Assembly (NCBI RefSeq): GCF_003334385.1
Contig: NZ_QOWN01000004.1
Source: Escherichia coli
Lineage (GTDB): Bacteria; Pseudomonadota; Gammaproteobacteria; Enterobacterales; Enterobacteriaceae
Strand: one strand, 5' to 3'
DNA length: 64,000 nt
Below the pieces are notes generated by a model. It saw only the letters and a program-made list of their open reading frames with translations, made no database searches and was not told where the DNA came from. Of this stretch, positions 25,630-39,203 are shown one piece after another. Position 1 is the first letter of the stretch; the number at the start of each line of letters is the position of its first letter. Both the position numbers and the translations under genes were made by a program.

Positions 25630-27132
25630 ATGCCTCACACGATAAAAAAGATGAGTCTGATAGGACTCATATTGATGATCTTTACTTCCGTATTTGGATT
25701 TGCCAATAGCCCATCGGCTTATTACTTAATGGGTTATAGTGCGATTCCCTTTTATATATTTTCTGCATTGTTATTCTTTATTCCATTCGCCTTAATGATG
25801 GCTGAAATGGGAGCTGCTTATCGCAAAGAAGAAGGCGGTATCTATTCCTGGATGAATAATAGTGTCGGACCACGTTTTGCCTTCATTGGTACGTTTATGT
25901 GGTTTTCCTCTTATATCATCTGGATGGTGAGTACCTCCGCGAAAGTTTGGGTACCGTTCTCAACATTCCTCTATGGTAGCGACATGACCCAGCACTGGCG
26001 TATTGCCGGACTGGAGCCTACGCAGGTGGTTGGTCTGCTGGCTGTGGCATGGATGATTCTGGTCACCGTCGTTGCTTCTAAGGGGATTAATAAAATTGCC
26101 CGCATTACTGCGGTGGGCGGTATTGCAGTAATGTGTCTGAATTTAGTATTGCTGTTAGTAAGCATTACTATTTTGTTATTAAATGGTGGGCATTTCGCGC
26201 AGGATATTAATTTCCTTGCATCACCGAACCCGGGTTATCAGTCCGGTCTGGCAATGCTATCGTTTGTGGTATTTGCCATTTTTGCCTATGGCGGAATTGA
26301 AGCGGTTGGTGGTCTGGTCGATAAAACGGAAAATCCAGAAAAGAACTTTGCCAAAGGTATTGTTTTTGCCGCTATTGTTATTTCAATCGGTTATTCGCTG
26401 GCAATATTTTTATGGGGCGTCAGCACAAACTGGCAGCAGGTATTAAGTAATGGTTCCGTTAACCTCGGCAATATTACCTATGTGCTGATGAAGAGCCTTG
26501 GGATGACGCTGGGTAATGCACTGCATTTGTCACCTGAAGCGTCATTGTCGCTGGGCGTATGGTTTGCGCGTATTACTGGACTTTCGATGTTCCTCGCCTA
26601 TACCGGTGCGTTCTTTACGCTTTGCTATTCACCGTTGAAAGCCATCATCCAGGGGACGCCGAAAGCATTGTGGCCGGAACCGATGACGCGCCTGAATGCG
26701 ATGGGGATGCCGTCTATCGCCATGTGGATGCAGTGCGGGTTGGTTACTGTCTTCATCCTGCTGGTTTCGTTTGGTGGCGGTACCGCATCGGCGTTCTTTA
26801 ACAAGCTGACGCTGATGGCGAACGTGTCTATGACGCTTCCTTACCTGTTCCTCGCGCTGGCTTTCCCGTTCTTTAAAGCACGTCAGGATCTCGACAGACC
26901 GTTTGTGATTTTCAAAACGCATTTGTCGGCAATGATTGCGACAGTGGTTGTCGTACTGGTGGTGACATTTGCGAACGTCTTCACCATCATTCAACCTGTG
27001 GTTGAAGCCGGAGACTGGGACAGCACATTGTGGATGATTGGCGGCCCTGTCTTCTTCTCGCTGTTAGCGATGGCGATTTACCAGAACTATTGCAGCAGAG
27101 TGGCAAAAAATCCGCAGTGGGCGGTGGAATAA
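25630..27132 (+). CDS. yjeM: APC-superfamily transporter YjeM, substrate unknown
   Basis: ORF-track ORF 25588..27132; start taken at MPHTIKKMSLIGLILMIF (500 aa); about 12 TM segments. Confidence 0.88.
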   Translation: MPHTIKKMSLIGLILMIFTSVFGFANSPSAYYLMGYSAIPFYIFSALLFFIPFALMMAEMGAAYRKEEGGIYSWMNNSVGPRFAFIGTFMWFSSYIIWMVSTSAKVWVPFSTFLYGSDMTQHWRIAGLEPTQVVGLLAVAWMILVTVVASKGINKIARITAVGGIAVMCLNLVLLLVSITILLLNGGHFAQDINFLASPNPGYQSGLAMLSFVVFAIFAYGGIEAVGGLVDKTENPEKNFAKGIVFAAIVISIGYSLAIFLWGVSTNWQQVLSNGSVNLGNITYVLMKSLGMTLGNALHLSPEASLSLGVWFARITGLSMFLAYTGAFFTLCYSPLKAIIQGTPKALWPEPMTRLNAMGMPSIAMWMQCGLVTVFILLVSFGGGTASAFFNKLTLMANVSMTLPYLFLALAFPFFKARQDLDRPFVIFKTHLSAMIATVVVVLVVTFANVFTIIQPVVEAGDWDSTLWMIGGPVFFSLLAMAIYQNYCSRVAKNPQWAVE

Positions 27133-27183
27133 CCCGATGCCCTATCGTCTACCTGACGATAGGGCGTAAAGACAGGAAATGTT

Positions 27184-27498
27184 ATGGATGACACCAGCCG
27201 GGACCCGGCAATAACCGAAGATGAAATCAGGGCGCTGCAATTTTCTGCCGGGGATGTAGCGGAAATAGAGCAGACGATTCTCTCTTTTGTCGATGCCTGC
27301 CACACCCGTAAAGTGGCGATGGTGGTGGGTAGCACCATTAACACCCTCAAAGATCGCGATGGTAAACGGTGGGGAAACCTGCCGGATATTTATTGCGCTT
27401 ATCTTATCCGATGTCTGGTTTTTCGCGGGGAATTAGTGGGATACGGCGATTTGTTTCGTATGCGCTATAGCGAAATTAAGCGACCGGTTACCTTATGA
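27184..27498 (+). CDS. yjeN: uncharacterised protein YjeN
   Basis: ORF-track 104 aa; recognised as YjeN; no motif assignable. Confidence 0.8.
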   Translation: MDDTSRDPAITEDEIRALQFSAGDVAEIEQTILSFVDACHTRKVAMVVGSTINTLKDRDGKRWGNLPDIYCAYLIRCLVFRGELVGYGDLFRMRYSEIKRPVTL

Positions 27499-27809
27499 GT
27501 GCGCGCATGTTTGTCTTATGCTGCATCTGGTTTATTGTGGCGTTCCTCTGGATAACCATCACTTCCGCGCTGGACAAAGAGTGGATGATTGATGGACGCG
27601 GGATTAACAACGTCTGCGATGTGTTGATGTATCTCGAAGAAGACGATACCCGTGATGTTGGTGTGATAATGACGTTACCGCTCTTTTTCCCTTTTCTCTG
27701 GTTCGCTTTGTGGCGAAAAAAACGCGGCTGGTTTATGTACGCCACCGCGCTGGCTATTTTCGGCTACTGGCTGTGGCAGTTTTTTCTGCGCTATCAGTTT
27801 TGTTTGTGA
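27495..27809 (+). CDS. yjeO: uncharacterised small membrane protein YjeO
   Basis: ORF-track 104 aa with hydrophobic segments; start overlaps yjeN stop (ATGA). Confidence 0.8.
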   Translation: MSARMFVLCCIWFIVAFLWITITSALDKEWMIDGRGINNVCDVLMYLEEDDTRDVGVIMTLPLFFPFLWFALWRKKRGWFMYATALAIFGYWLWQFFLRYQFCL

Positions 27810-27837
27810 GCCGGATTGGTTCATCCGGCACACAAAC

Positions 27838-30800
27838 TTACAAACTTCCCGCCTGACGACCTTTGCCCGCAGACGTCAGCGTTCTCCCCGTTTGTTTACC
27901 GTTGAGGCTTTCCAGACGCATCTGGAAGGGCGGGAATGGCATATCGATACCGTGGGCATGGAAGCCAGCCAGAATCAGCTGGTGGATCTCATGGCGTAGC
28001 GGCATACGGTGACCCATCTCAGCGGCGTAAATACGCAGCTCGAAAATCTGAATCCCCTGTTGCAGATCCACCAGGAAGACTTCCGGTGCCGGGTTGTCGA
28101 TCACCAGCGAGCAGCGACGCGCTGCGGTGAGCAGGATTTCCGTCACTTCTTCGCTATTGGCATCGGCAGGGGCCGGTATCGTCAACACCACGCGCGTGAC
28201 TGAGTCAGAGAGCGACCAGTTGATAAACTGCTCGGTAATAAACGCCTTGTTCGGCACGATTATCTCTTTACGGTCCCAGTCGCTGATGGTGGTGGCGCGG
28301 GTGTTAATTTTCGTCACGCTACCGGTGAGATCGCGAATTGTCACCGTATCGCCAATGCGAATCGGTTTTTCGAACAGGATAATCAGACCAGAGATAAAGT
28401 TGGCGAAAATTTCCTGCAAACCAAAACCGAGACCAACACCGAGCGCGGCAACCAGCCACTGCAATTTCGACCACTCAATACCAACCATTGAGAAGCCGAC
28501 CAGCCCGCCAATCAGCATCAGCAGATATTTGGTGATGGTGGTGATGGCGTAACCCGTACCCGGCGTTAAATCCAGGTGCTGCAAAATCGCCAGTTCCAGC
28601 AGCGCGGGCAAGTTGCGCACCAGCTGCGTGGTGATGATAAACACCAGAATGGCAATCAGCACCGCACCGAGGGTAATTGGCTCCAGACTTTCTACGCCCT
28701 GTACCGTGGAGGTGACATCCCACAGCGAAATATTTTCGAGGAAGCCGAAAGCGGAATGGATTTCTGACCACAGCACAATGACAGAAAGCAGGGCGATCAA
28801 CATCAAAATTGAGCGCACCAGCCGCAAGGATTGCGCACTGATGGCATCGAGATCGACTTCGCTTTCATCGACTTCAATTGCTCCTTCCGGGCTACTGTGA
28901 TGATGCGCTTCCTCTTCGCCACGCGCACGTTGCGCTAACATCTCTGCCCGGCGATGCTTCGCCCGATCAAACGCCAGCCTGCGGCGCTGGATCAGCATCC
29001 AGCGGCGGATAACGTGATAAACCACCAGTAGCAGGAACCAGATGGCAACCGAGGTTTCAAGCCTCGCTAACAGCGCCTGTGCCGTTGCCAGATAACCCAC
29101 CGCCGACGCCAGAATGGCAACCAACGGCGCGCCAATCATCATGTTCCACAGCATATGGTTGGTAATGTTGTCGCCGCTGCCCTCTTTGTTGAGATACAGC
29201 GGAATCCCGGCCTTTTTCAGGCTGAGGGTGACCACCGCCAGCGCACCGCAAATGAGGATAAAGCAAAGCCGTCCCAGCGAACCGGAGAATTCACGGTCGT
29301 CGAGGTTATCGAACATCATCAGCGCCATAATCAGCGGCACAATAAGCCCGATGCTCATCAGGTAGTAGCGCATCCCACGGGAAACACGTTCGCGCGGCCA
29401 GCCAAAATGAGCGATAAACAAGCCGTTCGGGCGGGCAAAGGTGGCGCAAATCATCACTACCCACAGCAGCGGCACGGTGGCCGTTACACCATCGCCAATC
29501 GCGACCGCCAGCGGATAAGGCCACGCCTCGCGCAAGCCGTAACCCAGCGTCATCCACAGCACCGGTAACGGTGACGCGACGAGAATCGACCAGAAAAGAG
29601 TGCGCAACGTCAGCCAGAAGTGATCCTGAGTCACTTTGCCAACTTTCGCCGCCGAACGTTCAAGAAAACGGGTGAAATAGCGGCGCGAGTAAATACTGCA
29701 ACCGACCAGAATCAACGCGCCAAACAGCGGCAAAATTGTCTCTTTGCTGGTCAGCATCATCACACTGGCTTTGCCCAACTGACTGAAGGTGTCCAGCGAA
29801 ATGAGACGACGCAGATCCTGGGCGATTTCCAGCGGCCAGGCGATGGTCATCGGGCGCACGTCAGAGGTCCAGAACAGATAGCGGTGCGTTGCTTCGTTCA
29901 CCTCTTTCAGCGCATCCTCCAGTTGCCCGTTGGAGACTTTCAGCTTGGTCAGTTCCAATAGTAGCGTGTCGCCACCCTGCAACAATGAGTTCAGCAACTC
30001 ACGCTGAGTGCGCAGTTGTGCTTCCAGAATACGGTTTTGCTCGGCAGTCAGCGGCTGACCGTCGGCCTGATGAATTTGCCGTAGCAGCGGCTGTTTATTA
30101 AGCAGATCCTCATAACGTAACCGTTGCACACGCAACTGCGCCATTTCGGTATCAAGCTGTTGTGGTTTCGGCATTTCCGGCAGCCGTGCCACCTGCGCCC
30201 GCAGCGCTTCGCCGAGCAGATTGGACGATCCCAGCCATTGCGACTGTTCACGCAGCGTATTCAACGCCTGCCGGACCTGTAACGTCTGGCTGGCAGCCTG
30301 ACGCTGTTGCGAGGCAACGAGATCCATCCGCTGCGCCTGTTGATTCAAAGCCGCCGATAGTTCGCGGTTAATTTTGAATTGCGCGACGATATCTTTCGGC
30401 AAATCGGCGCTGTTTTCTGCCAGCAATTCGGTACTTTCCAGCGCCCGCTCCGCCTCAAGCTGACGTTGGCTGTTTAATTGATTACGCAAGGCCTGCAAAT
30501 ACGCATCCAGTTGCTGGCTCTCTTTTTCCGCCAGCTCTGAGCGTAAGCGCGCTAATTCCTGGCGGTTATTGGCAGACAGCTGCGCCAGCTCCAGTTCATC
30601 AACGAGCGCCTTAAGACGTGCAGAGTCAGACTGCAACGCGAAATTTTGTGCCTGATTGAGCGGAGTATTGCCGGTAAGCGTTCCCAGGCGGCGCTCGATC
30701 TCATTTAACTGACGGCGGGCGTCGGTTTGCTGTTGCGGCAGTTGATTCAGCGAATCGGCAATCTCGCGGGCGCGCTCCTGCTCTTGCTGGGCCTGACGGC

Positions 30801-31161
30801 TTTTATCCAGCAACTGGCTGCTGACCTGGAGAATTTCCTGATTCAGCGCGTCGGTAGACATTCCCGGCGACACGCTGCGCGGCTCGTCACGCATGTTGTT
30901 TAATTGTGCGCGCAGAGTAGCGGAGAGTTTCGGATAATTATCGATAACTTGCTGATATTGTTTGATGCGCTCAAGGGAACCTTTTCGTTCCTCAAGCGCA
31001 TTTAAGGCAGACTGGAGCGCCTCTACGACTTCCGGCTGTGCGGGTTTCGCCGCTTTTGCCTGCTCCAGTTCCTGAGTGATTTGTTTGCTATCGGGGGCCG
31101 TCGCGGCGTACGCCCCCCAACTGAGGCACCAGGCCATCAGAAAAGTGATAATCAGGCGCAC
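27838..31161 (-). CDS. mscM: mechanosensitive channel MscM (MscS family, large periplasmic coiled-coil N-domain)
   Basis: ORF-track 1107 aa; signal peptide, long Q/E/L-rich coiled coil, C-terminal MscS-like TM and beta domains. Confidence 0.95.
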   Translation of the reverse strand: MRLIITFLMAWCLSWGAYAATAPDSKQITQELEQAKAAKPAQPEVVEALQSALNALEERKGSLERIKQYQQVIDNYPKLSATLRAQLNNMRDEPRSVSPGMSTDALNQEILQVSSQLLDKSRQAQQEQERAREIADSLNQLPQQQTDARRQLNEIERRLGTLTGNTPLNQAQNFALQSDSARLKALVDELELAQLSANNRQELARLRSELAEKESQQLDAYLQALRNQLNSQRQLEAERALESTELLAENSADLPKDIVAQFKINRELSAALNQQAQRMDLVASQQRQAASQTLQVRQALNTLREQSQWLGSSNLLGEALRAQVARLPEMPKPQQLDTEMAQLRVQRLRYEDLLNKQPLLRQIHQADGQPLTAEQNRILEAQLRTQRELLNSLLQGGDTLLLELTKLKVSNGQLEDALKEVNEATHRYLFWTSDVRPMTIAWPLEIAQDLRRLISLDTFSQLGKASVMMLTSKETILPLFGALILVGCSIYSRRYFTRFLERSAAKVGKVTQDHFWLTLRTLFWSILVASPLPVLWMTLGYGLREAWPYPLAVAIGDGVTATVPLLWVVMICATFARPNGLFIAHFGWPRERVSRGMRYYLMSIGLIVPLIMALMMFDNLDDREFSGSLGRLCFILICGALAVVTLSLKKAGIPLYLNKEGSGDNITNHMLWNMMIGAPLVAILASAVGYLATAQALLARLETSVAIWFLLLVVYHVIRRWMLIQRRRLAFDRAKHRRAEMLAQRARGEEEAHHHSSPEGAIEVDESEVDLDAISAQSLRLVRSILMLIALLSVIVLWSEIHSAFGFLENISLWDVTSTVQGVESLEPITLGAVLIAILVFIITTQLVRNLPALLELAILQHLDLTPGTGYAITTITKYLLMLIGGLVGFSMVGIEWSKLQWLVAALGVGLGFGLQEIFANFISGLIILFEKPIRIGDTVTIRDLTGSVTKINTRATTISDWDRKEIIVPNKAFITEQFINWSLSDSVTRVVLTIPAPADANSEEVTEILLTAARRCSLVIDNPAPEVFLVDLQQGIQIFELRIYAAEMGHRMPLRHEIHQLILAGFHAHGIDMPFPPFQMRLESLNGKQTGRTLTSAGKGRQAGSL

Positions 31162-31182
31162 GTCAGCGTTTCCTTTGATGGA

Positions 31183-32151
31183 TTAGACCTGGTCTTTTTT
31201 GTCGTCAACCAATGGGCTGGCGTCGTGTTCTGCTTCGATCTCTTCAGCAGGAAGCGGGGCAGGTTCAGCGTCTGGCGTAACAAAGGTTTCGGTAGATACT
31301 GCCAGCGGCTGGCCAATTTTCGTGACAGACAGGCTTTCCAGTTGCTCAACCAGATTCACTTTACCCGGTGCAAACAGGTTGATAACGGTGGAACCGAGTT
31401 TAAAGCGACCCATTTCCTGGCCTTTCAGCAGTGCCACAGAACCGTCGTTTTCCCCGGCAGGCCAGGTCCAGCGCTTGATGATACCTTCGCGCGGCGGCGT
31501 AATGGTGCCCGCCCAGACCGTCTCAATGCTGCCAACAATCGTCGCTCCGACCAGAATCTGCGCCATTGGGCCAAATTCGGTATCGAAAAGGCAAATCACG
31601 CGTTCGTTACGGGCAAACAGATTCGGCACGTTCTGAGCCGTGAGATGGTTAACGGAGAAGAGATCGCCCGGCACGTAGATCATCTCACGCAGAATACCGT
31701 TGCACGGCATGTGTACGCGGTGGTAGTCACGCGGGGAGAGGTAAGTGGTCACAAACGTACCGTTGCGGAACAGGTCCGCCATCAGATAGTTGCCTGCCAG
31801 CAGGGCTTCGAGGCTGTAGTTGTGGCCTTTGGCTTGCAGGATTTTATCTTCTTCGATTTTACCCAACTGGCTGATAACGCCATCGGCAGGCATGACCAGT
31901 ACATTCGGATCGGTATCGATTGGGCGTACTTCGTCACGCAGCGGACGGACAAAGAATTCGTTAAAGGTGCGGTAGCTGGCGGTGTCCGGCTTTTGCGCCT
32001 CTTTCATGTCGACCTTGTAGTATTTAACGAACAGATCGATAACCAGTTTTGTCAGCCATCCTGCCCGCTTGCTTGCGCCCCAACCCGCCAGGCGAGTAAG
32101 CCATAGTTTCGGCAGAATGTACTGTAGCGAAAGTTTAAATGAATTTAACAA
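31183..32151 (-). CDS. psd: phosphatidylserine decarboxylase proenzyme
   Basis: ORF-track 322 aa [49 protein letters not shown]...; LGST self-cleavage motif present (KLGSTV). Confidence 0.96.
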
Positions 32152-32247
32152 GGTAGCCTCCAGGCCATTGTTTTGTCGTTCCTGATCCGGCCTACATGCC
32201 GGATCCTGAAAAAAAGGGGACGATTCTAACGACGGTTAGCTTAATTG

Positions 32248-33300
32248 TCAGTCATCCGTATCAGAAAAGTTTTTACGCGTTTTTACCTGCGCCATGCTTT
32301 CCAGAATACGGTGATAGTTTTCGAAACGGGTTTCCGCGATTTTCCCTTCCTCAACCGCTTCCCGGATAGCGCAGCCCGGATCGGTATCGTGTTTGCAATC
32401 GCGATATTTACACAGACCTAAATAGTCATGGAATTCGACAAAGCCCTGAGTGATTTGTTCCGGCTCCAGGTGCCAGAGGCCGAACTCACGCACTCCTGGG
32501 GAGTCAATCACATCACCGCCGTGCGGGAAGTGATACAGCCGAGCGGCGGTCGTGGTGTGCTGACCGAGCCCCGAGTTGTCAGAGATATCGTTGGTCAGGA
32601 TCTCTTTTTGCAGCCCCAGCAACGCATTCAGCAGGCTGGATTTGCCGACGCCAGACTGCCCGGCAAAAATGCTGATGCGCCCGGTCAACGCCTCTTCCAG
32701 CGGTTTTAGCCCATCCTGAGTATGGCTGGAAACCATCAATACGCGATAACCGATATTGCGGTAGATATCCATCTGCTCGTTGACGAACGCCATGCCTTCG
32801 TCGTCCAGCAGGTCTATCTTGTTGAGCACAATAATCGGCTCAATCTGCAAGGTTTCGCAGGCCACCAGGTAACGGTCGATAATATTGAGCGACAGCTCCG
32901 GCAAAATGGCGGAGACAATGACAATCTGGTCGATGTTGGCGGCAATAGGTTTTACGCCGTCGTAGAAATCCGGACGCGTCAACACCGAGGTACGCTCATG
33001 CACCGCTTCCACGATCCCTTTGACATTTACGCCTTCCGCCGCCGGTTTACCCGGACGCCAGACTACGCGGTCGCCGGTTACCAGCGAACGGATGGTACGG
33101 CGAATATTGCAGCGGTGAACGTCGCCATCGGCGGATTCCACATCAGCGTGCATACCAAAGCGGCTGATGACGATACCTTCATCAGGCTCGCCAAACAGAT
33201 TGTCGTCGTAGTCGGGCTTCTCCTTAGACGTTTTAAGACGACGCTGGTGATTGGCGTTCACGCGGCGCTGCTGGCCTTTGGAGAGTTTATTTTTACTCAA
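32248..33300 (-). CDS. rsgA: ribosome small-subunit biogenesis GTPase RsgA (TTG start)
   Basis: ORF-track ORF 32248..33333; TTG at complement of 33298..33300 gives 350 aa; circularly permuted GTPase motifs and C-terminal zinc-finger cysteines. Confidence 0.93.
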
Positions 33301-33394
33301 TCGTACAGACTCCTGGTCGCCCCTGATGGGCAAAACATCTATGATACACGCAATTGTGGATCAATATAGTCACTGTGAATGGGTGGAAAATAGC

Positions 33395-33940
33395 ATGAGT
33401 GCCAATGAAAACAACCTGATTTGGATCGATCTTGAGATGACCGGTCTGGATCCCGAGCGCGATCGCATTATTGAGATTGCCACGCTGGTGACCGATGCCA
33501 ACCTGAATATTCTGGCAGAAGGGCCGACCATTGCAGTACACCAGTCTGATGAACAGCTGGCGCTGATGGATGACTGGAACGTGCGCACCCATACCGCCAG
33601 CGGGCTGGTAGAGCGCGTGAAAGCGAGCACGATGGGCGATCGGGAAGCTGAACTGGCAACGCTCGAATTTTTAAAACAGTGGGTGCCTGCGGGAAAATCG
33701 CCGATTTGCGGTAACAGCATCGGTCAGGACCGTCGTTTCCTGTTTAAATACATGCCGGAGCTGGAAGCCTACTTCCACTACCGTTATCTCGATGTCAGCA
33801 CCCTGAAAGAGCTGGCGCGCCGCTGGAAGCCGGAAATTCTGGATGGTTTTACCAAGCAGGGGACGCATCAGGCGATGGATGATATCCGTGAATCGGTGGC
33901 GGAGCTGGCTTACTACCGCGAGCATTTTATCAAGCTGTAA
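33395..33940 (+). CDS. orn: oligoribonuclease
   Basis: ORF-track ORF 33251..33940; start at [29 protein letters not shown] (181 aa); DEDDh exonuclease motifs. Confidence 0.95.
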
Positions 33941-34065
33941 AATTTTTCCTGGTCACGTAAGCGCCGGAATCCACTTGCGGCGGCGTGATTTTGACGCTAA
34001 ATTGAACGTCTTGCTGATAATTTCAGCACTTGAGATAAAAACGCAAAAAAAACTTTTTTGGGGGG

Positions 34066-34093
34066 TTGCAGAGGGAAAGATTTCTCGTATAAT
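34066..34093 (+). promoter_or_regulatory. glyVXY promoter (ttgcag -35, tataat -10, GC-rich discriminator)
   Basis: ttgcag-N16-tataat followed by gcgcctccc, about 55 bp upstream of glyV; typical stringently controlled tRNA promoter architecture. Confidence 0.6.
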
Positions 34094-34150
34094 GCGCCTC
34101 CCGTAACGACGCAGAAATGCGAAAATTACGAAAGCAAAATTAAGTAGTAC

Positions 34151-34226
<76 letters not shown>

Positions 34227-34262
34227 AAATTTGAAAAGTGCTGCAAAGCACAGACCACCCAA

Positions 34263-34338
<76 letters not shown>

Positions 34339-34374
34339 AAATTTGAAAAGTGCTGCAAAGCACAGACCACCCAA

Positions 34375-34450
<76 letters not shown>

Positions 34451-34459
34451 AATTCTTCT

Positions 34460-34720
34460 CTCAATAAAATATCCACAGCGACGCGATGCGTTATTGCTGG
34501 TTTTTGTTGTCTCTGACAAACTCTTGTAAACAGAGTTATCCACAGCCTCAGGCTGTAATCTTAATTTCAAAGAAACTTCGCACGGTGAATAGTATTTTTT
34601 TAACCTATTGATAGATAAGTTAAAAATTAAGATTCCGTTTTGTCGAGTCGATCACTTGACGATTTTATTCGTCTTGAATTGCAATGCGTTTTTATTTTTA
34701 TTCACAAGCTGTGGATGAAT
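34460..34720. other. datA: DnaA-box cluster consistent with the datA DnaA-titration locus
   Basis: TTATCCACA at 34546..34554 (perfect), TTATTCACA at 34698..34706, ATATCCACA at 34469..34477, TCATCCACA (minus) at 34710..34718, with AT-rich stretch between; location between glyY and queG matches what I recall for datA. Confidence 0.55.
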
Positions 34721-35857
34721 CAGGCGTCACGCGGTAACCCTTTTTCAATCACCCGAACCAGACGCTGTTTTTTCGGCAATTGCACTTCGACTATGCACGC
34801 ATTTCGTCTCTCTATTTGCTGCGCAATCGCCCACGCTATGTGCTCATCGAGAAGTGGGAGCTCACCTTTACGACTTTCCAGCGCTGTCAAAATCGTTTCA
34901 TCCCAAGGGGCATTGCCTAATGCTACGGCGATATTACGCAGCCAACGCAGGTGACCAATACGACGAATCGCCGATCCTTCCGTGACTTTTAAAAACTTCT
35001 CTTCGCTCCAGGCGAATAACTCAATGAGTTCCGGTGCGTGTAGCGGCTTACGCGGGCTGAAATCCTCTTCTGTGGTGAGTTGTGAATAGCGATTCCACGG
35101 GCAGATAAGCTGGCAGTCATCGCAACCGTAAATACGGTTTCCCATTAACGGTCGCAACTCTTCCGGGATCGCCCCTTCAAGTTCGATGGTGAGATAAGAG
35201 ATACAGCGGCGAGCATCGACGGTATATGGCTCGACGATGGCACCGGTCGGGCAAATCGTCATACAGGCCACGCATTTGCCGCATCCTTCCTCGACTGGTT
35301 GATCCACGGGCAGCGGAATATCGACCAGCAATTCGCCTAAAAAGAAGAACGAACCGGCCTCGCGATTGAGGATAAGTGAGTGCTTACCTGTCCAGCCGAG
35401 CCCAGCTTTTTCAGCTAACGGGCGCTCGAGAATAGGCGCAGAATCGACAAACGGTCTAAAATTCAGCGAAACACAATGTTGCTGAATCATCTCGCCCAGC
35501 TTTTTGAGTCGGTTGCGCAGAAGTTTGTGATAGTCACGGCCCAGCGCATAACGGCTAACATAGCCGAGTTTGGGGTTTTTCAGCGTGCTGGCAAATGCGG
35601 CGTTAGCAGGAAGGTAATTCATCCGCACGCTGATCACGCGCAGCGTACCGGGCAATAACTCATGAGGGCGAGCGCGCAGCATACCGTGACGTGCCATCCA
35701 GTCCATTTCGCCGTGGTATTGTTTGTCCAGCCATGCTTGCAGTTTGGGCTCGGACTCGCTGAGATCGGTATCGGTAATACCTACCTGCTGAAAGCCCAGT
35801 TCCAGCCCCCACTGTTTAATTTTTTGCGCTAACTGATTGAGATCGAGGGGCTCTGAC

Positions 35858-35859
<2 letters not shown>
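34720..35859 (-). CDS. queG: epoxyqueuosine reductase (4Fe-4S, cobalamin-dependent)
   Basis: ORF-track ORF 34720..35967; start at MSEPLDLNQLAQKIKQWGLELGF (379 aa); ferredoxin-type CxxCxxCxxxCP motifs. Confidence 0.92.
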
Positions 35860-37838
<1,979 letters not shown>

Positions 37839-37856
37839 CCTTTGAAAGGTGGCGGG

Positions 37857-39194
37857 ATGATGTATCGCATCAGAAATTGGTTGGTAGCGACGCTGCTGCT
37901 GCTGTGCACGCCGGTGGGTGCCGCGACGCTCTCTGATATTCAGGTTTCTAACGGTAATCAACAGGCGCGGATAACGTTGAGTTTTATTGGCGATCCTGAT
38001 TATGCGTTTAGCCATCAAAGCAAACGCACCGTGGCGCTCGATATCAAACAAACGGGCGTGATTCAGGGACTGCCGTTGTTGTTCAGCGGCAATAATCTGG
38101 TGAAGGCGATTCGCTCTGGAACGCCTAAAGATGCACAAACGCTACGGCTGGTGGTCGATCTTACCGAAAACGGTAAAACCGAAGCGGTGAAGCGGCAGAA
38201 TGGCAGCAATTACACTGTCGTCTTTACGATTAACGCCGATGTGCCGCCACCGCCTCCTCCGCCGCCCGTGGTTGCGAAACGCGTTGAAACGCCTGCGGTT
38301 GTCGCACCGCGCGTCAGCGAACCGGCGCGCAATCCGTTTAAAACGGAAAGTAACCGCACTACGGGTGTTATCAGCAGTAATACGGTAACGCGTCCGGCAG
38401 CGCGCGCGACGGCTAACACTGGCGATAAAATTATCATCGCTATTGATGCCGGACACGGCGGTCAGGACCCTGGCGCTATCGGCCCCGGTGGTACGCGGGA
38501 GAAAAATGTCACCATCGCCATCGCGCGTAAATTGCGTACTTTGCTCAATGACGATCCGATGTTTAAAGGCGTTTTAACCCGTGACGGGGATTACTTTATC
38601 TCGGTGATGGGGCGCAGTGATGTGGCACGTAAGCAAAACGCCAATTTCCTCGTGTCGATTCACGCTGATGCCGCACCGAACCGCAGTGCGACTGGCGCTT
38701 CCGTATGGGTGCTCTCTAACCGTCGCGCCAACAGTGAAATGGCCAGCTGGCTGGAGCAGCACGAGAAACAGTCGGAGCTGCTGGGTGGGGCGGGTGATGT
38801 GCTGGCGAACAGTCAGTCTGACCCCTATTTAAGCCAGGCGGTGCTGGATTTACAGTTCGGTCATTCCCAGCGGGTAGGGTATGATGTAGCGACCAGTATG
38901 ATCAGTCAGTTGCAACGCATTGGCGAAATACATAAACGTCGACCAGAACACGCCAGCCTTGGCGTTCTGCGCTCGCCGGATATCCCATCAGTACTGGTCG
39001 AAACCGGTTTTATCAGCAACAACAGCGAAGAACGTTTGCTGGCGAGCGACGATTACCAACAACAGCTGGCAGAAGCCATTTACAAAGGCCTGCGCAATTA
39101 CTTCCTTGCGCATCCGATGCAATCTGCGCCGCAGGGTGCAACGGCACAAACTGCCAGTACGGTGACGACGCCAGATCGCACGCTGCCAAACTAA
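37857..39194 (+). CDS. amiB: N-acetylmuramoyl-L-alanine amidase AmiB
   Basis: ORF-track ORF 37842..39194; start at [23 protein letters not shown] (445 aa); signal peptide, poly-Pro linker, Amidase_3 domain. Confidence 0.95.
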
Positions 39195-39203
39195 GGACGA
39201 TTG

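Noticed and set aside
31081-32106. 341-aa ORF antisense to psd (and others antisense to frdA 22457..23458, ulaA 62369..63223, aspA 9276..10115, dcuA 7578..8126)
   Set aside because: All are embedded opposite well-recognised genes and have unusual amino-acid composition; treated as non-coding shadow ORFs.
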